A stretch of 64,000 bases of DNA. It comes from Octopus vulgaris. Lineage: Eukaryota. The notes under the pieces were generated by a model. That model did no database searches, was not told the DNA's origin, and saw only the letters and a program-made list of their open reading frames with translations. Both the position numbers and the translations under genes were made by a program. The stretch lies in NCBI GenBank assembly GCA_951406725.2, contig OX597831.1, forward strand, positions 72,664,001-72,728,000. Direction: 5' to 3'. Of this stretch, positions 25,443 to 37,704 are shown piece after piece (within the stretch, counting starts at the first letter, position 1; every line of letters starts with the position of its first letter).

Positions 25443-25830
25443 GTCCGTGTGTCTGCGTGCATGTGCACGCACAGTATTTTGGAGTTATAATTTTAAATGT
25501 AATGTTTACCTCTTTTAATAAACATACTCTCTCAACATCCCAGTGTAAAGCAAGCCACAGGTGTAACTAATTAACCACCTTGTCATCACTTTCTTTATTT
25601 TTTTTACTTGGTTTTGCTTCCCTCAAAGCACCTACAACTCTGAAAGGCCTGTTACTGGGTTTCCACGGAGTATAACTGAACCAAGGTCACAACATTCCCT
25701 CTGAACAGGACACCAGCTTGTTGCAAGGTTCAGGCCCAGCCACTTTTGAGGGGAGGGGGAGCAAGTCAATGACACTGAGCCCAGTACCTGTCTGATAATT
25801 TACTTTATTGACCACCCCACCTCACCCCCA

Positions 25831-25911
25831 AGGCCATACATTGAATGCACCGATTCTGGTCTGAGCACCAAAGTGAAGCAAAGTTGAGCCCAGTTAGTGC
25901 TTAGATGGGTG
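25831..25911 (+). pseudogene. 5S rRNA-derived fragment (pseudogene or SINE3-like head)
   Basis: ggccatacattgaatgcaccgattctggtctgagcaccaaagtgaagcaaagttgagcccagttagtgcttagatgggtg aligns with remembered metazoan 5S rRNA (GGCCATACCACGTTGAAAGCACCGGTTCTCGTCCGATCACCGAAGTTAAGCAACG...GTTAGTACTTGGATGGGTG). It is diverged and 3'-truncated. Confidence 0.8.
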
Positions 25912-26456
25912 CAGCCGAAATTGCAAGGATGATCCGGTTCTTGACTGAAGATTGAAGGCTTCAAATGTCCCGTCTGTGTTTTTTGTATCGTCTTCTAAAT
26001 GTTTTACGTTCTTGTCCCAGTTTGTATTTTTCTACATATAATACTGTAATATCTACTCAGCTAGTCTCTATCTTAAGCCATCCCAGCAGAATATTTAGGA
26101 CAACCATTCTTTCCCCCAACAGCAAACTACCTCCTACTCTTATTTCCCCCATCCTTTCTTCCACTTCCCCTTTTCTTCATTCGTAACAACCTTATACGAT
26201 TCCCACTCCCACGTATTTGACCTCGTCCTTCCCTTTCTTCTTGACATTTTATTTCTCCTAACATCTGTTTATTTATTCTGTTCTTCTGGCTCTGCCATTC
26301 ATTCCAACTCAGATCTGCAGTGAGTTAACTTGGGAATCCCAAACGACAATGCAACCTTCATGTAATTAAGGTATTCTCAGCCTGATGATTAGCTGTGCTG
26401 AGTACCCCTCGTTGAGTAATTATTACATTAGAGAATCAGCTAAGAACTATATACGT

Positions 26457-26880
26457 AGGCGTAGGAGTGGCTGTGTGGTAAGTAGCTTGTTTACCAGCCA
26501 TATGGTTGCGGGTTCAGTCCCACTGCGTGGCACCTTGGGCAAGTGTCTTCTACTATAGCCTCGAGCCAACCAAAGCCTTGTGAGTGGATTTGGTACACAG
26601 AAACTGAAAGAAGCCCATCATATATCTGTATATATATATATATGCATGTGTGTGTATATGTTTGTGTGTCTGTGTTTGTACCCCTAGCATTGCTTGACAA
26701 CCGATGCTGGTGTGTTTACGTCCCCGTCACTTAGCGGTTCGGCAAAAGAGGCTGATAGAATAAGTACTAGGCTTACAAAGAATAAGTCCCGGGGTCGAGT
26801 CGCTCGATTAAAGGCGGTGCCCCAGCATGGCCGCAGTCAAATGACTGAAACAAGTAAAAGAGTAAAAGAGAGAAAAAGAG
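26457..26880 (+). mobile_element. SINE family A, full length
   Basis: Complete head, internal microsatellite and (gtaaaaga)n-like tail. Confidence 0.85.
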
Positions 26881-27586
26881 AGTCAAGCTTGTACACATTC
26901 CAATTCCTCAATTTGGATTCTTATTCGCATTCAAGGCAACTCTCGTTGCTATACAGAAACTTTCAGCTTACCAAATTTCCTTGCAACTTTGATATAGGAA
27001 AAAGGGTGTTACCTTTGATGCCAATGAACTATTATTATTCCTGATCATACTGTATCTGCTATGGACTGCTTGAAGCTTGCTAAGTTCCTACACTTGGATC
27101 CCTGGATCATACTTTTATATACTGACGTGTATGTGTGTGTGTATATAGATACATATATATTCTAGTATTATAATATATTATATCAATATTATATTACATA
27201 TTAGGCACAGGTTTCATGCTCAGTCCCACTGCATGGTATTGAGTTTCCTATTTTCTTTCTATAACCCTAGACCAACCGAAGCCTTGAGAGTGGATTTGAG
27301 AGACAGAAACAGAGAGAAGCCCTTCTTATACATCTATGCACATTTGTGTTTCTTTGTCTTTGTCATACAAACAAAGTCCTTCATTTCCAGTCTTCTGTGA
27401 AAATTTGTCTGGCCATATTGAAATATTACCTCACTTTGAAACAGGCGAAGGTTGGTGACAGGAAGAGCATCTGACCTAAGAAACATTTGACTCAACAAAC
27501 TTTGTTTGACCCATGTGAGCATGGAAAAGTTTGTGTGTGTGTGTGTTATATCTAAAAGGGACAGTTTACCTAAGTCAGTTTCACAC

Positions 27587-27834
27587 AGTGGGCATGTAAA
27601 AAGCACCATCCGAGCGTGGCCGTTCGCCAGCCTCGTCTGGCACCTGTGTCGGTGGCACATAAAAAGCACCCACTACACTCACAGAGTGGTTGGCGTTAGG
27701 AAGGGCATCCAGCCGGAGAAACACTGCCAGATCAGACTGGGCCTGGTGCAGCCTTCTGGCTTCCCAGACCCCAGTTGAACCGTCCAACCCATGCTAGCAT
27801 GGAAAGCGGACGCTAAATGATGATGACGATGATG
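27587..27834 (+). mobile_element. RTE-type 3' end, short
   Basis: About 1.5 array units plus the conserved tail and (GAT)n. Confidence 0.75.
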
Positions 27835-28761
27835 TTGTCAGTCACTAGACAAAACTCTAGTAAATTGTCTCTTCTTCAAACAGCAAACATATTTTTTTAC
27901 TCTACTGCAAGTATTGAGTTTTATGTCAGATAGTATACTAGTGTGTGTTTTACACTTCTTACATTATAAAATTGTAAGTTGATAACTCAACTGTATAGAA
28001 AAATGCATCAAGTACATACTGGAGTGGTTTGGTGGTATGGACATGTGTCAAGATGTATTATCATTAATGGACTATATCACTGATTATTTAACACTTTTAT
28101 GTATGTATTGAGTACTTTGATTTTCTTCATGTAAATTATCTATAGTGTGTGAGTGTGTGTGTTTAGATAAGAGGTGGTTGAAGGGAGAGGAAAGGAACTT
28201 ATTTAAACAAGATGTGATGAGATTGAAAACACATGCATACATACTATAAATGTATACACACACACACACACACACACGTGTCGGGGGGGGGGGGGGTTTA
28301 CAAACAAACAAATGGATATTTGTTTTTGTGGGGCAGGGGTAACACAAGAATTCATTGGCAACAACCCAACCTGTTGTAGATAGACTATAGAATGGTTATA
28401 TGAATGGAATTGGTAAAAAAAAAAGCAAGAAAGAAACGTGGTGGGGGGGGGGTAAACAGACACTGAGAAAGAGATGGGAGGGGTGGAGAAAGACAGACAG
28501 CCATACAATCTGTTATGTTCAACAGGATGTAGTTGTTGTTGAACATTGTATAAAGTTTGAATTAACAGAAAGAAAAGAAATATAAACAGCTAAGAAAAAC
28601 AAAACAAGATGACAATAAAAAAAAAGTAACAGCAGTCTGTCTGTGTGTCTTTTTGATGAGTGAAGAAACCTCATTTCTTTCTCCCAACAGCTTTCTTTTC
28701 ACTGACTGACCTTCACTTTGTACAACCTCTGGCTGTGGCCATTTTCTCATTTTTCTACCAT

Positions 28762-28933
28762 AGGCGCAGGAGTGGCTGTGTGGTAAGTAGCTTGCTTACC
28801 AACAACATGGTTCCAGGTTCAGTCCCACTGCGTGGCACCTTGGGCAAGTATCTTCTGCTATAGCTTCGGGCCGACCAAAGCCTTGTGAGTGGAGTTGGTA
28901 GACGGAAACTGAAAGAAGCCCGTCATATATATG

Positions 28934-28966
<33 letters not shown>

Positions 28967-29178
28967 TGTGTTTGTCCCCCCAACATCGCTTGACAACCGA
29001 TGCTGGTGTGTTTATGTACCCATTACTTAGAGGTTCGGCAAAAGAGACCGATAGAATAAGTACTGGGCTTACAAAAGAATAAGTGCTGGGGTCAAGTTGC
29101 TCGATTAAAGGCGGTGCTCCAGCATGGCCGCAGTCAAATGACTGAAACAAGTAAAAAGAGTAAAAAGAGTAAAGAGTA
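28762..29178 (+). mobile_element. SINE family A, full length
   Basis: Complete match to the family consensus seen in the window. Confidence 0.85.
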
Positions 29179-29299
29179 CTCCTACCTCTACTCTCACCAC
29201 TACTACTACTACTACTACTACCACAACCTCCACATCTAGCAACCCCGTTACCATCATGATACCACAGTTACTACCACCAGCTTTTGATCATAAGATCCC

Positions 29300-29667
29300 C
29301 TAACCCTTTAGCAATTAAGCAGGTCATATCCGGCCTAGATAGTCTGTCTGTTTTATGTTCAAACTGATCAGATCCGGCCTCTCACACCTACCCTTCAATG
29401 TCATTCTAAAAATAATTAAGCATAGCATATAACAGAGCAATCCAAATGCTAAAAAGTTAATCCTTGTGGCATTTAGATTACTCTGTCAAATGTAATGCTT
29501 TTGAATTAATCCTTTATTAATCTCGTAGCTTTGAGATTTTGGTGATGTGATTGTTTGTTTTTTGAGTGCCATTGTAGGGTAGGTGTGAGAGGCTGGATAT
29601 GGCTGGTTTGAACACAAAAAGAGAATATTCGGGTCAGTTATGGCCAGTTTAAATGCCACAAGATTAA
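29300..29667. mobile_element. piggyBac-like MITE with long imperfect inverted repeats
   Basis: Begins (c)taacccttt and ends agattaa. Arms such as ccggcctctcacacctaccct / agggtaggtgtgagaggctgg pair over about 110 bp. Confidence 0.65.
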
Positions 29668-29739
29668 GTGATGCAATTAATGGCTTCTCTCTGCCAAAAT
29701 CTGTGGCAACCTTCTGCACACATTTCTTCTTTTTCATTT

Positions 29740-30114
29740 CTTTTACTTGTTTCAGTCATTTGACTGCGGCCATGCTGGAGCACCACCTTTAGTTGAGCAA
29801 ATCGACCTCGTAAGCCCAGTACTTATTCTATTGGTCTCTTTTGCCGAACCGCTAAGTTACGGGGACGTAAACACACCAGCATCGGTTGTCAAGCAATGCT
29901 AGGGGGACAAACACAGACACACAACACACATACATATATATATATACATATATACGACAGGCTTCTTTCAGTTTCCGTCTACCAAATCCACACACAAGGC
30001 ATTGGTCGGCCCGGGGCTTTAGCAGAAGACATTTGCCCAAGATGCCACGCAGTGGGACTGAACCCGGAACCATGTGGTTGGTAAGCAAGCTACTTACCAC
30101 ACAGCCACTCCTGC
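29740..30114 (-). mobile_element. SINE family A
   Basis: Reverse complement of family A. Confidence 0.85.
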
Positions 30115-31352
30115 ATAATACCACTACATTGGTAATCTTTATAAATTAAAGATACACATTTTATCAAACTATATTCCAAAAACTGATGACATCAGAACAA
30201 AACCAAATTCTCTACATAATCCAGCACTGTACCATTTCTTCCATCTTGCTCTTCTAAGACTACATGAATGCCAAAGTGAATCAAAACTTGTAGAATTAGC
30301 CGGAACCTCATGGCTGACTCACAAATTGGTTGAATGGTTTGGTAGGAGAGAAATTGTCTGACTGTTTTTACACTGAATAATTTTGGTTTTTTGGTTCAGG
30401 ATTCAAAACAAAACAAAAAAAAATGGTTTAAATGACTGTGGTTCGTTTGTCCAGGTTTTCAATTAAATGAGAGAGAGAAACAGAAAGACAGACAGACAGA
30501 CAAATTGATAGAAAGCAAAGAAGAGATCAAAGAGAAGTGAAGGAAGGAAACTCAACAAAGATAAGCAACAACACAATATAAATATATAATAATATATCAA
30601 GCACCACTATCAACACTAGTGGTGGTGGTGGCGGCAGTGGTGGTGGTGGTGGTGGTGGCGGTGGTGGTGGTGGTGGTGGTGGTGGATTATGAAGACTGTT
30701 TTACAGAAACCCAGTCAAGCAAAATGTCACTGTAACCTTTTGAAATTTGATCAAAGTTTCAAAGAAGCTCACAAGTAAATTGGGCTGAATGAAATAATGA
30801 GTAGACAATAGGGAAAGGTAATGGGGACATGAATTAGGTCGTTGCTATTGTTTAGCCCCGAGATAGTTTTGGTTCAGTAGACTAATGATCAAAAGCATTC
30901 CAACTATGACCCAACAGCCCATTTTTTTTTCATTTTTTTCATTTTTCTTAAACATAGTAAATGCAATTATTTAGGCAGTGTAGTGTAATTTGAGGGAGAT
31001 TTAACTGCTATTTCTAGCATCCCAAGTGATTTCTATACATTCAAAATTGACTTGTACAAGAATCAGCTGACGTAAATGCCTTGTAGCTAATCATGTGTGT
31101 GTGTGTGTGTGTTCATATTGATATCATGTAGAAACTGTAAATGGTTGTCACCATCAAACGAGCAAAGTCATCTGTTTTTTCAATCTTCCATAAAAACATG
31201 TCCGGCCACGAGGAAATATTACCTTGCTTGGAAACAGGTGAGGATTGGAGGCAAGAAAGGCATTCAACTGCAGAAAGTCTGCCTCAATGAATTTGTTCTC
31301 ACTAATAAAAGCATAGAAAGGTGACATTGAAAAAAAAATGATGATGATAGAT

Positions 31353-31384
<32 letters not shown>

Positions 31385-31710
31385 TTGACATCCTTTTTTT
31401 TTTCTTCTTTTCATGCTGTCCTGAGTCAGAGAGTTTGACAAGAACAGATAATCCAGAGGGCTCCACCAGGATCCATTGTCTGCTTTGGAATGGTTTCTAT
31501 GGCCAGCTGTGCATCCAAATGCCAACCACTTAATACATGGCACCAGCACTGGAAAGGTCACCAAGTATTTGCAAGACCCTCAAATAAAAGGGGGTATAGA
31601 CTGGAAGAATAAGAAACTATGATAGAGGGAGAGGACTGGGTGTCTTGCTGAAGAGGTGATACATATACATATTAATCAAAGTGTAAAATATTATATATGT
31701 ATTATGACCG

Positions 31711-31793
31711 ATCTTACCAATGAGTTTCGCACTCGGGGTTCAATGGAGTGTTAGGTAACAGTCTGATTATGTAACCCTGCACTCTTCAGAGAT
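31711..31793 (-). ncRNA. Type I hammerhead ribozyme motif (Penelope/retrozyme-like), sense to the PLEKHA intron
   Basis: Minus strand reads AUCU-CUGAAGA-GUGCAGGGUU...AACCCCGAGUGC-GAAA-CUCAUUG-GUA-AGAU. It has the canonical core, helix I AUCU/AGAU, an extended helix II, a short helix III and a GUA cleavage triplet. Confidence 0.65.
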
Positions 31794-32435
31794 AGCCTTT
31801 GTGGAATGAAATATGGCAGCACACACATATGTATACACATTTGTATGTATACATTCATATGTGTGTCTGACAGAGAAGTGAACAACAGTGATATTTTCTG
31901 TTCTCATCTGAAGTAAGCAATGTTCTGACACCTGATACCTTCAACGTGCAAAGATCAATTGGAATGTGAAATATGAAAAGAAATAAAATACCTTACTTGA
32001 AAAACAGGTAAGGGTTAGTGATAGGAGGAGCACCCAGCCATAGAACATGCAACCTCATAGGTCAGTAAGTTTTACGCAACCAGTACCAGTATGGGGGGAA
32101 AAGTGAGCACAAAAACGATGGCAATGGCAAAGATGATAACTATGATGATGATGCTGATGATGACACTGAAGACAATGGTGCCATGGCAGTGATAACAACG
32201 ATGATAGCAATGATGATGATGGAAATGATGAATATGATGACAATGGTAATTGCAATAACGATGATGATGATGGTAAAAATGCTGCCAAGGATGATAAAGA
32301 TGATGACCACGATGATGATGATGATGATGATGGGAATGATAATAGCAATGATGATGATGATGAAAATGGTAATGATGATGGTGAAGATGATGTTAATGAT
32401 GAAGATGAAAAGCCACAACAATAAAGTAAACTTAC

Positions 32436-32576
32436 AATAGGGTTATCCTTGAAGTAGTGCAGTTTATTTGTGTTGGAATCCAGTAGGAAGTACCTCCTTT
32501 TAAACACTCCCGTATTCTCATCTTCCTCAATATTAAGGAAACCACACGTCCTGCCATATTGGTCCTCATATGGCAT
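32436..32576 (-). CDS. PLEKHA1: PLEKHA1/2 (TAPP1/2)-like, first coding exon (N-terminal PH domain, 47 aa)
   Basis: Translates MPYEDQYGRTCGFLNIEEDENTGVFKRRYFLLDSNTNKLHYFKDNPI, matching the remembered human PLEKHA1 N-terminus [33 protein letters not shown]...MDNPQ. 141 bp from the ATG, followed by a GTAAG donor (cttac at 32431-32435). Probably a co-ortholog of PLEKHA1 and PLEKHA2. Confidence 0.93.
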
Positions 32577-32857
32577 CTTGAACCAACTTCACCGAAATGA
32601 CATCACAAACTGTTGGCAATTTCCACTTAGAAACAAAATAAACTGAAAGACGTTGCTCCTCTTCCAACTTTGTTTTCCCCTTTTTCTTGTGATTTAATTT
32701 AAATTTGGTAAATCCTAATTGTTATTCGTTTTTATTGTTTCTGGTTTTAATTTTGTCCCTTTTATTTCTGTTTATCTTTTTTTTCTTTTCCCTGGTCAAT
32801 GGCAGTTTTTCGACAAATTATAACTGGTTCCTATAATTAAGAAAAAAAAGAATTTGT

Positions 32858-33030
32858 TAATAATAATAATGATGATGATAATAATAAGGATAATAATAAT
32901 GATAATAATGATGATGATAATAATAATGATAATGATAATAATAATAATGATGATAATAATAATAATAATAATGATAATAATAATAATAATAATGATGATG
33001 ATAATAATAATAATAACGATGATGATGATG

Positions 33031-33088
<58 letters not shown>

Positions 33089-33175
33089 TGATGATAATAA
33101 TAATAACAATAATGATAATAATAATAATAATAATAATAACAATAATGATAATAATAATAATAATAATAATAATAA
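32858..33175. repeat. Long (AAT/GAT)n microsatellite
   Basis: Seen directly, about 280 bp upstream of the PLEKHA ATG. Confidence 0.95.
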
Positions 33176-33523
33176 TTATCTTGATATGAGATCACCATGT
33201 CGCTCACATATGGTTGTGATGCATGTGCCTGGTGTACCTTTATCAGACGGGTAGTCATGATGGGTATATTGGGCTTCATATATTTTACCCCAGTGTCACT
33301 TTGATGGCATGAACTGCTCTCTCACACAATAATAATAATAATAATAATAATTATCTTGATATGAGATCACCATGTCGCTCACATATGGTTGTGATGCATG
33401 TGCCTGGTGTACCTTTATCAGACGGGTAGTCATGATGGGTATATTGGGCTTCATATATTTTACCCCAGTGTCACTTTGATGGCATGAACTGCTCTCTCAC
33501 TCAATAATAATAATAATAATAAT
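33176..33523 (+). mobile_element. Tandem pair of 5'-truncated (TAA)n-associated elements
   Basis: Two near-identical 175-bp units starting ttatcttgatatgag at 33176 and 33351. Confidence 0.85.
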
Positions 33524-34438
33524 GGTTTCAAATTTTGCCACAAGGGCAGAAATTTTGGGGGAAGGGATGAGTCGATTACATTGATCCCCAGTACACAACT
33601 GGTACTTATTTTATCGACCCCTTACCCCCTACCCGAAAGGATGAAAGGTAAAGTTGACCTTGGTAGAATTTGAATCCAGAACATAGCGACGGGCGAAATA
33701 CTGCTAAGCATTTCACTCTGTGTGCTAATTAATGATGGTGCCAGAATAATACGGAGGAGGGGCATCCAGTCAGAGAAACCATACCAAAACAGACAAGTGG
33801 AATCTGGACAGCTCCTCAACTAGCCAGCATGGAAAACAGACATTAAACTATGATGATGATGATGATGATAGATATATAGCCCAAAGCTATAGTAGAAGTT
33901 ACTTGCCCAGGTGCCATGCAGTGGGACTGAACCCAGGACCATGTGGTTGGGGAAGCAAACTTCTTACCACACAGGCCATGCCTTCTCATATGTTAATGCG
34001 TGCTCCCTTCCGCTGTCCCTTGGCTATTTCAAGTGATTTCAACTGAACACCCCCCCTCCCCGGTGTCTACTTCGGCCCTTAATCCAGTTTGCTTTCAACC
34101 CTGACAGCTGTCTCGTTACCGTTTGCTTAATTAAATCACCAAATATAGCAACAAGTTTGGAATTAATTATGAATCTGTCAAATAAAAAAAAACAAAAAGA
34201 AAATGACTTATGCCAATCAAAGTGAACCAACAATTTTGGCACTGGTCTATTTAACGAGATCTGCTAACGAGTAAATGTTGCCTAACTGTAAGTTTGTTGT
34301 ATTTTAGGGTTGGTGGGGGGGTGCCCCTCCCCACTGCCTTCTTTCCACCTGTCTACGGGTCTACGTAATATCTAATGCCAGTTTTACAACTGACATCATG
34401 GGATGTTATGATAGGAAGATGCTTCAGGAAGCTAGCAG

Positions 34439-34489
<51 letters not shown>

Positions 34490-34628
34490 AGGGAGGGAAA
34501 GGGAGAAAAGGAAAGAAAGAAATACAGAAAAAGAAAAAAAAAATTTAGAAATAATTCTGTGAAAGAATGATTTACATCAATAACAGTGAAAATAAAATAT
34601 TATTTTACAGACTTCTGCATTTCCTAAA

Positions 34629-34670
<42 letters not shown>

Positions 34671-34724
34671 TATTATTATTATTATTACTATTATTATTAT
34701 TATTATTACTATTATTATTATTAT

Positions 34725-35088
34725 TATAACCTCCTCCTTAGCGAAGGTGGAGGTATTGTTTTCAGTTGTGTTTGCTTGTCTGTGGACAAGATATCTCGAG
34801 AACCGCTGAATGGATTCAGATGAAACTTTCAAGGATGTTTGGCCTCGTGACTGGCACAAACTGATTAGGTTTTGGGATCAATCCGGTACCAGACAAGGAT
34901 TCTGGAATATTTTTCCTGTTTTTTTACTTAATTTTTGAGAGTGGTCGGATTCATTTTTAGTATTCTCGTTTGTGAAAGCAGTCGAGTTTATTTCAGATAT
35001 TCTCATTTTAAAAATCATCTCTGCCTAATCGTTGAGAGGACATTGGTGTTGCCTTGGCAGAGGTTTGTGCTCTCTGAGTGCTCCTGTT
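34725..35088 (+). mobile_element. Helentron-associated (HINE/DINE-1-like) element
   Basis: Subterminal inverted motifs acctcctccttag / ccttggcagaggt, a 3' hairpin gtgctctctgagtgc, and insertion in a (TTA)n tract. Confidence 0.65.
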
Positions 35089-35464
35089 ATTATTAAGATG
35101 GTGAGCTGGCAGAGTGGGGAGAACATTTAGCAACATTTCCTCTCACTTATGTTCAGAGTTTGAAATTCCACCAAGGTTGGTTTTTGCCTTCCTTTATCCT
35201 TTCAGTGTTGATAATACAAAGACCAGTCAAAGACCGAGAGAAGTGTAATTGAGCAGACCCCATCTCCTAAAAATTTCAGGACTTGGGCCTATAGTAGAAC
35301 GAATTAAGGGTAGTGAGCTGACAGAACCCTTAGCATGCTAGATAGGAATGCTTTGCAGCATTTTGTCTGTCTTAGCATTCTCAGTTCAAATTCTGTTGAG
35401 GTTGGCTTTACCTCTCGTAATCGACCAGTTCCATGCTCCTCCAAATTTCTAGGCTGTGTGCCTA

Positions 35465-35815
35465 TAGGCGCAGGAGTGGCTGTGTGGTAAGTAGCTTGCT
35501 AACCAACCACATGCTTCCGGGTTCAGTCCCACTGCGTGGCATCTTGGGCAAGTGTCTTCTTCTATAGCCCCGGGCCGACCAATGCCTTGTGAGTGGATTT
35601 GGTAGACGGAAACTGAAAGAAGCCTGTCGTATATATGTATATATATATATGTATGTGTGTGTCTATGTCTGTCCCCCTAGCATTGCTTGACAACCGATGC
35701 TGGTGTGTTTACGTCCCCGTTGGGCTTACAAAAGAATAAGTCCCAGGGTCGATTTGCTCGACTAAAGGTGGTGCTCCAGCATGGCCGCAGTCAAATGACT
35801 GAAACAAGTAAAACA
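35465..35815 (+). mobile_element. SINE family A with internal deletion
   Basis: Lacks about 40 bp after gtccccgt relative to other copies. Confidence 0.85.
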
Positions 35816-36970
35816 GTATAGGAGAAAGAATTATTATTATGGTAATTAAGGGTGTTGAGCTGGCAGTTATTTGGGCATTGGGGGGAAAGTTACTTTGAGT
35901 AGCATTTCTTCCCATGTCACATTCTGAGTTGAAAATATGCCAAGGTTAACTTGGTCTTTCATACTTCCAAGATCAATTAAAATAAATACTAGTTGAGCAT
36001 TGGGGGTCAATGCAATCAATTGCATCCTCTCCCCCACCCCCACCCCACCTTGCCTCCCCTCCAAATCTCAGGGTTTGTGCTCATAATGGAAAGAATCATT
36101 AGGCAACAATTCTTCGGCATCAACAAGGATGGTTATGAGTAATCTCCTCAAGAGGACTTTCGGGTCCAGTAGATGTCGGGGGGAGGGTAGTATAAATGGT
36201 CTTTCAAACACACCCTTCACACCCTCTTACATTCTGACATCCTCCTCCACCACCACACCCACTTCACACCCTTACACCTCCCATACTCCACCACACCCCC
36301 TCACCCACCCACCCAATACACAGCCATCCCATTTAAGGAGACACAGGTCCAGTTTTCTCAAACAGATGGGAATTATTATTCCAAATATTCCCCCCCCTCC
36401 CCAACGGACCTCCTCCACCCTTCATGAAATAATAACAGACCAATTCCTGGTTCTGTTGGAACTGTAAAAGCACTGTTTTAGCTTAATGACTATTAATAGA
36501 CTTTCAGCAGGCCACACAGAGGAAATGGTAACAACAACATCTTTGTTAATCTTTGTACATTTTTATGAATGTTTTTCAAAGACGAAAGAAATTCTTGTAG
36601 TTTTCAAACCATAGTAATGATGATGATGATGATGGTGATGATGGCTATTCCCATTGATTTCATTGTATGTTGGAAGGAAAGGATTTCAAACAACGAAAAA
36701 AGAAAAAGGATTAAAAATTAAAGAAGCTACATCTTATTCGTGAAGGATGCGTGAATGTAACTTAAGTCCAGGTGTGGATTTTTGCTACGAAGTCACAACG
36801 GGGACACTGAGGATTTTGATTTTACCTGGAATTGGACAAATGTGTCTGTTGGTTGCAGGATCTAATTCTTTTATTATTCTGTTTCTTCAACTCAAATTAT
36901 TTAGGTGATGCATCATGACACATTTTGCAAAATTCACATCAATTTAGGCAATAATTTTCTCAAGGTGTTA

Positions 36971-37025
<55 letters not shown>

Positions 37026-37028
<3 letters not shown>

Positions 37029-37584
37029 GCCCTGATGCAGTACCAGGCATTGGCTCTCATGGCTTCTGACTTTAACTGATTGGAAGTGTTATCATGTACA
37101 TTGTTTTGTCTAGGTATAAAAGATGGGCTACAGCAAATATTCTGCTCAATACCACAGATTTGCTTGTTAGTTGTTTGACCTTAACCAGTTGGGCATGTCC
37201 CTTAGTGGCTGACGATATGTGCATCACTGATCATGAACAGAAGTAGTGGGGGAGCATCATAGCCATGTGTCGAGGGGGATTCTTTGGGGTTTGGATAATT
37301 CACCTTTGGAAACATGGGAGTTTCATTCAACATCCTTAAACAACCCTTATTCAGGGACCTTTTGAGTGGGATGGTCTGACTGGACCCCATCTGAAAGGTC
37401 ATGCACTGTTTATCTTGATATGAGATTACCATGTCACACACATATGGTTGTGATGCATGTGCCTGGTGTACCCTTATTAAACAGGTAGTCATGATGGGTA
37501 TTCTGGGTTTTGTATATTTGTACCCCAGTGTCACTTTGTTGGCATGCACTGCTCTCTCACTCAATAATAATAATAATAATAATG

Positions 37585-37619
<35 letters not shown>
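37026..37619 (+). mobile_element. (TAA)n-flanked retroelement
   Basis: Collinear with 853-1477, with (AAT)n on both sides. Confidence 0.8.
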
Positions 37620-37620
<1 letters not shown>

Positions 37621-37704
37621 TGTGTATACATATGTGAAGTAGTTATAGAGTTGCACTCCTTTGTTATCATTTGGTTTGGGTTTAAAAGTTCAAAGTGGAC
37701 TAAA

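Noticed and set aside
32055-32435. Ser/Leu-rich C-terminal part of the 173-aa ORF
   Set aside because: It is read-through into the intron past the GTAAG donor, over a (GAT)n microsatellite.
32837-33279. Poly-Leu, poly-Ile and poly-Tyr ORFs, and similar His/Pro/YI/CV-rich ORFs throughout the window
   Set aside because: These are translations of microsatellites.
36800-36870. Minus-strand CAG|GTAAAA donor as a possible UTR exon
   Set aside because: The donor is weak and has no polypyrimidine acceptor upstream; this is expected by chance.
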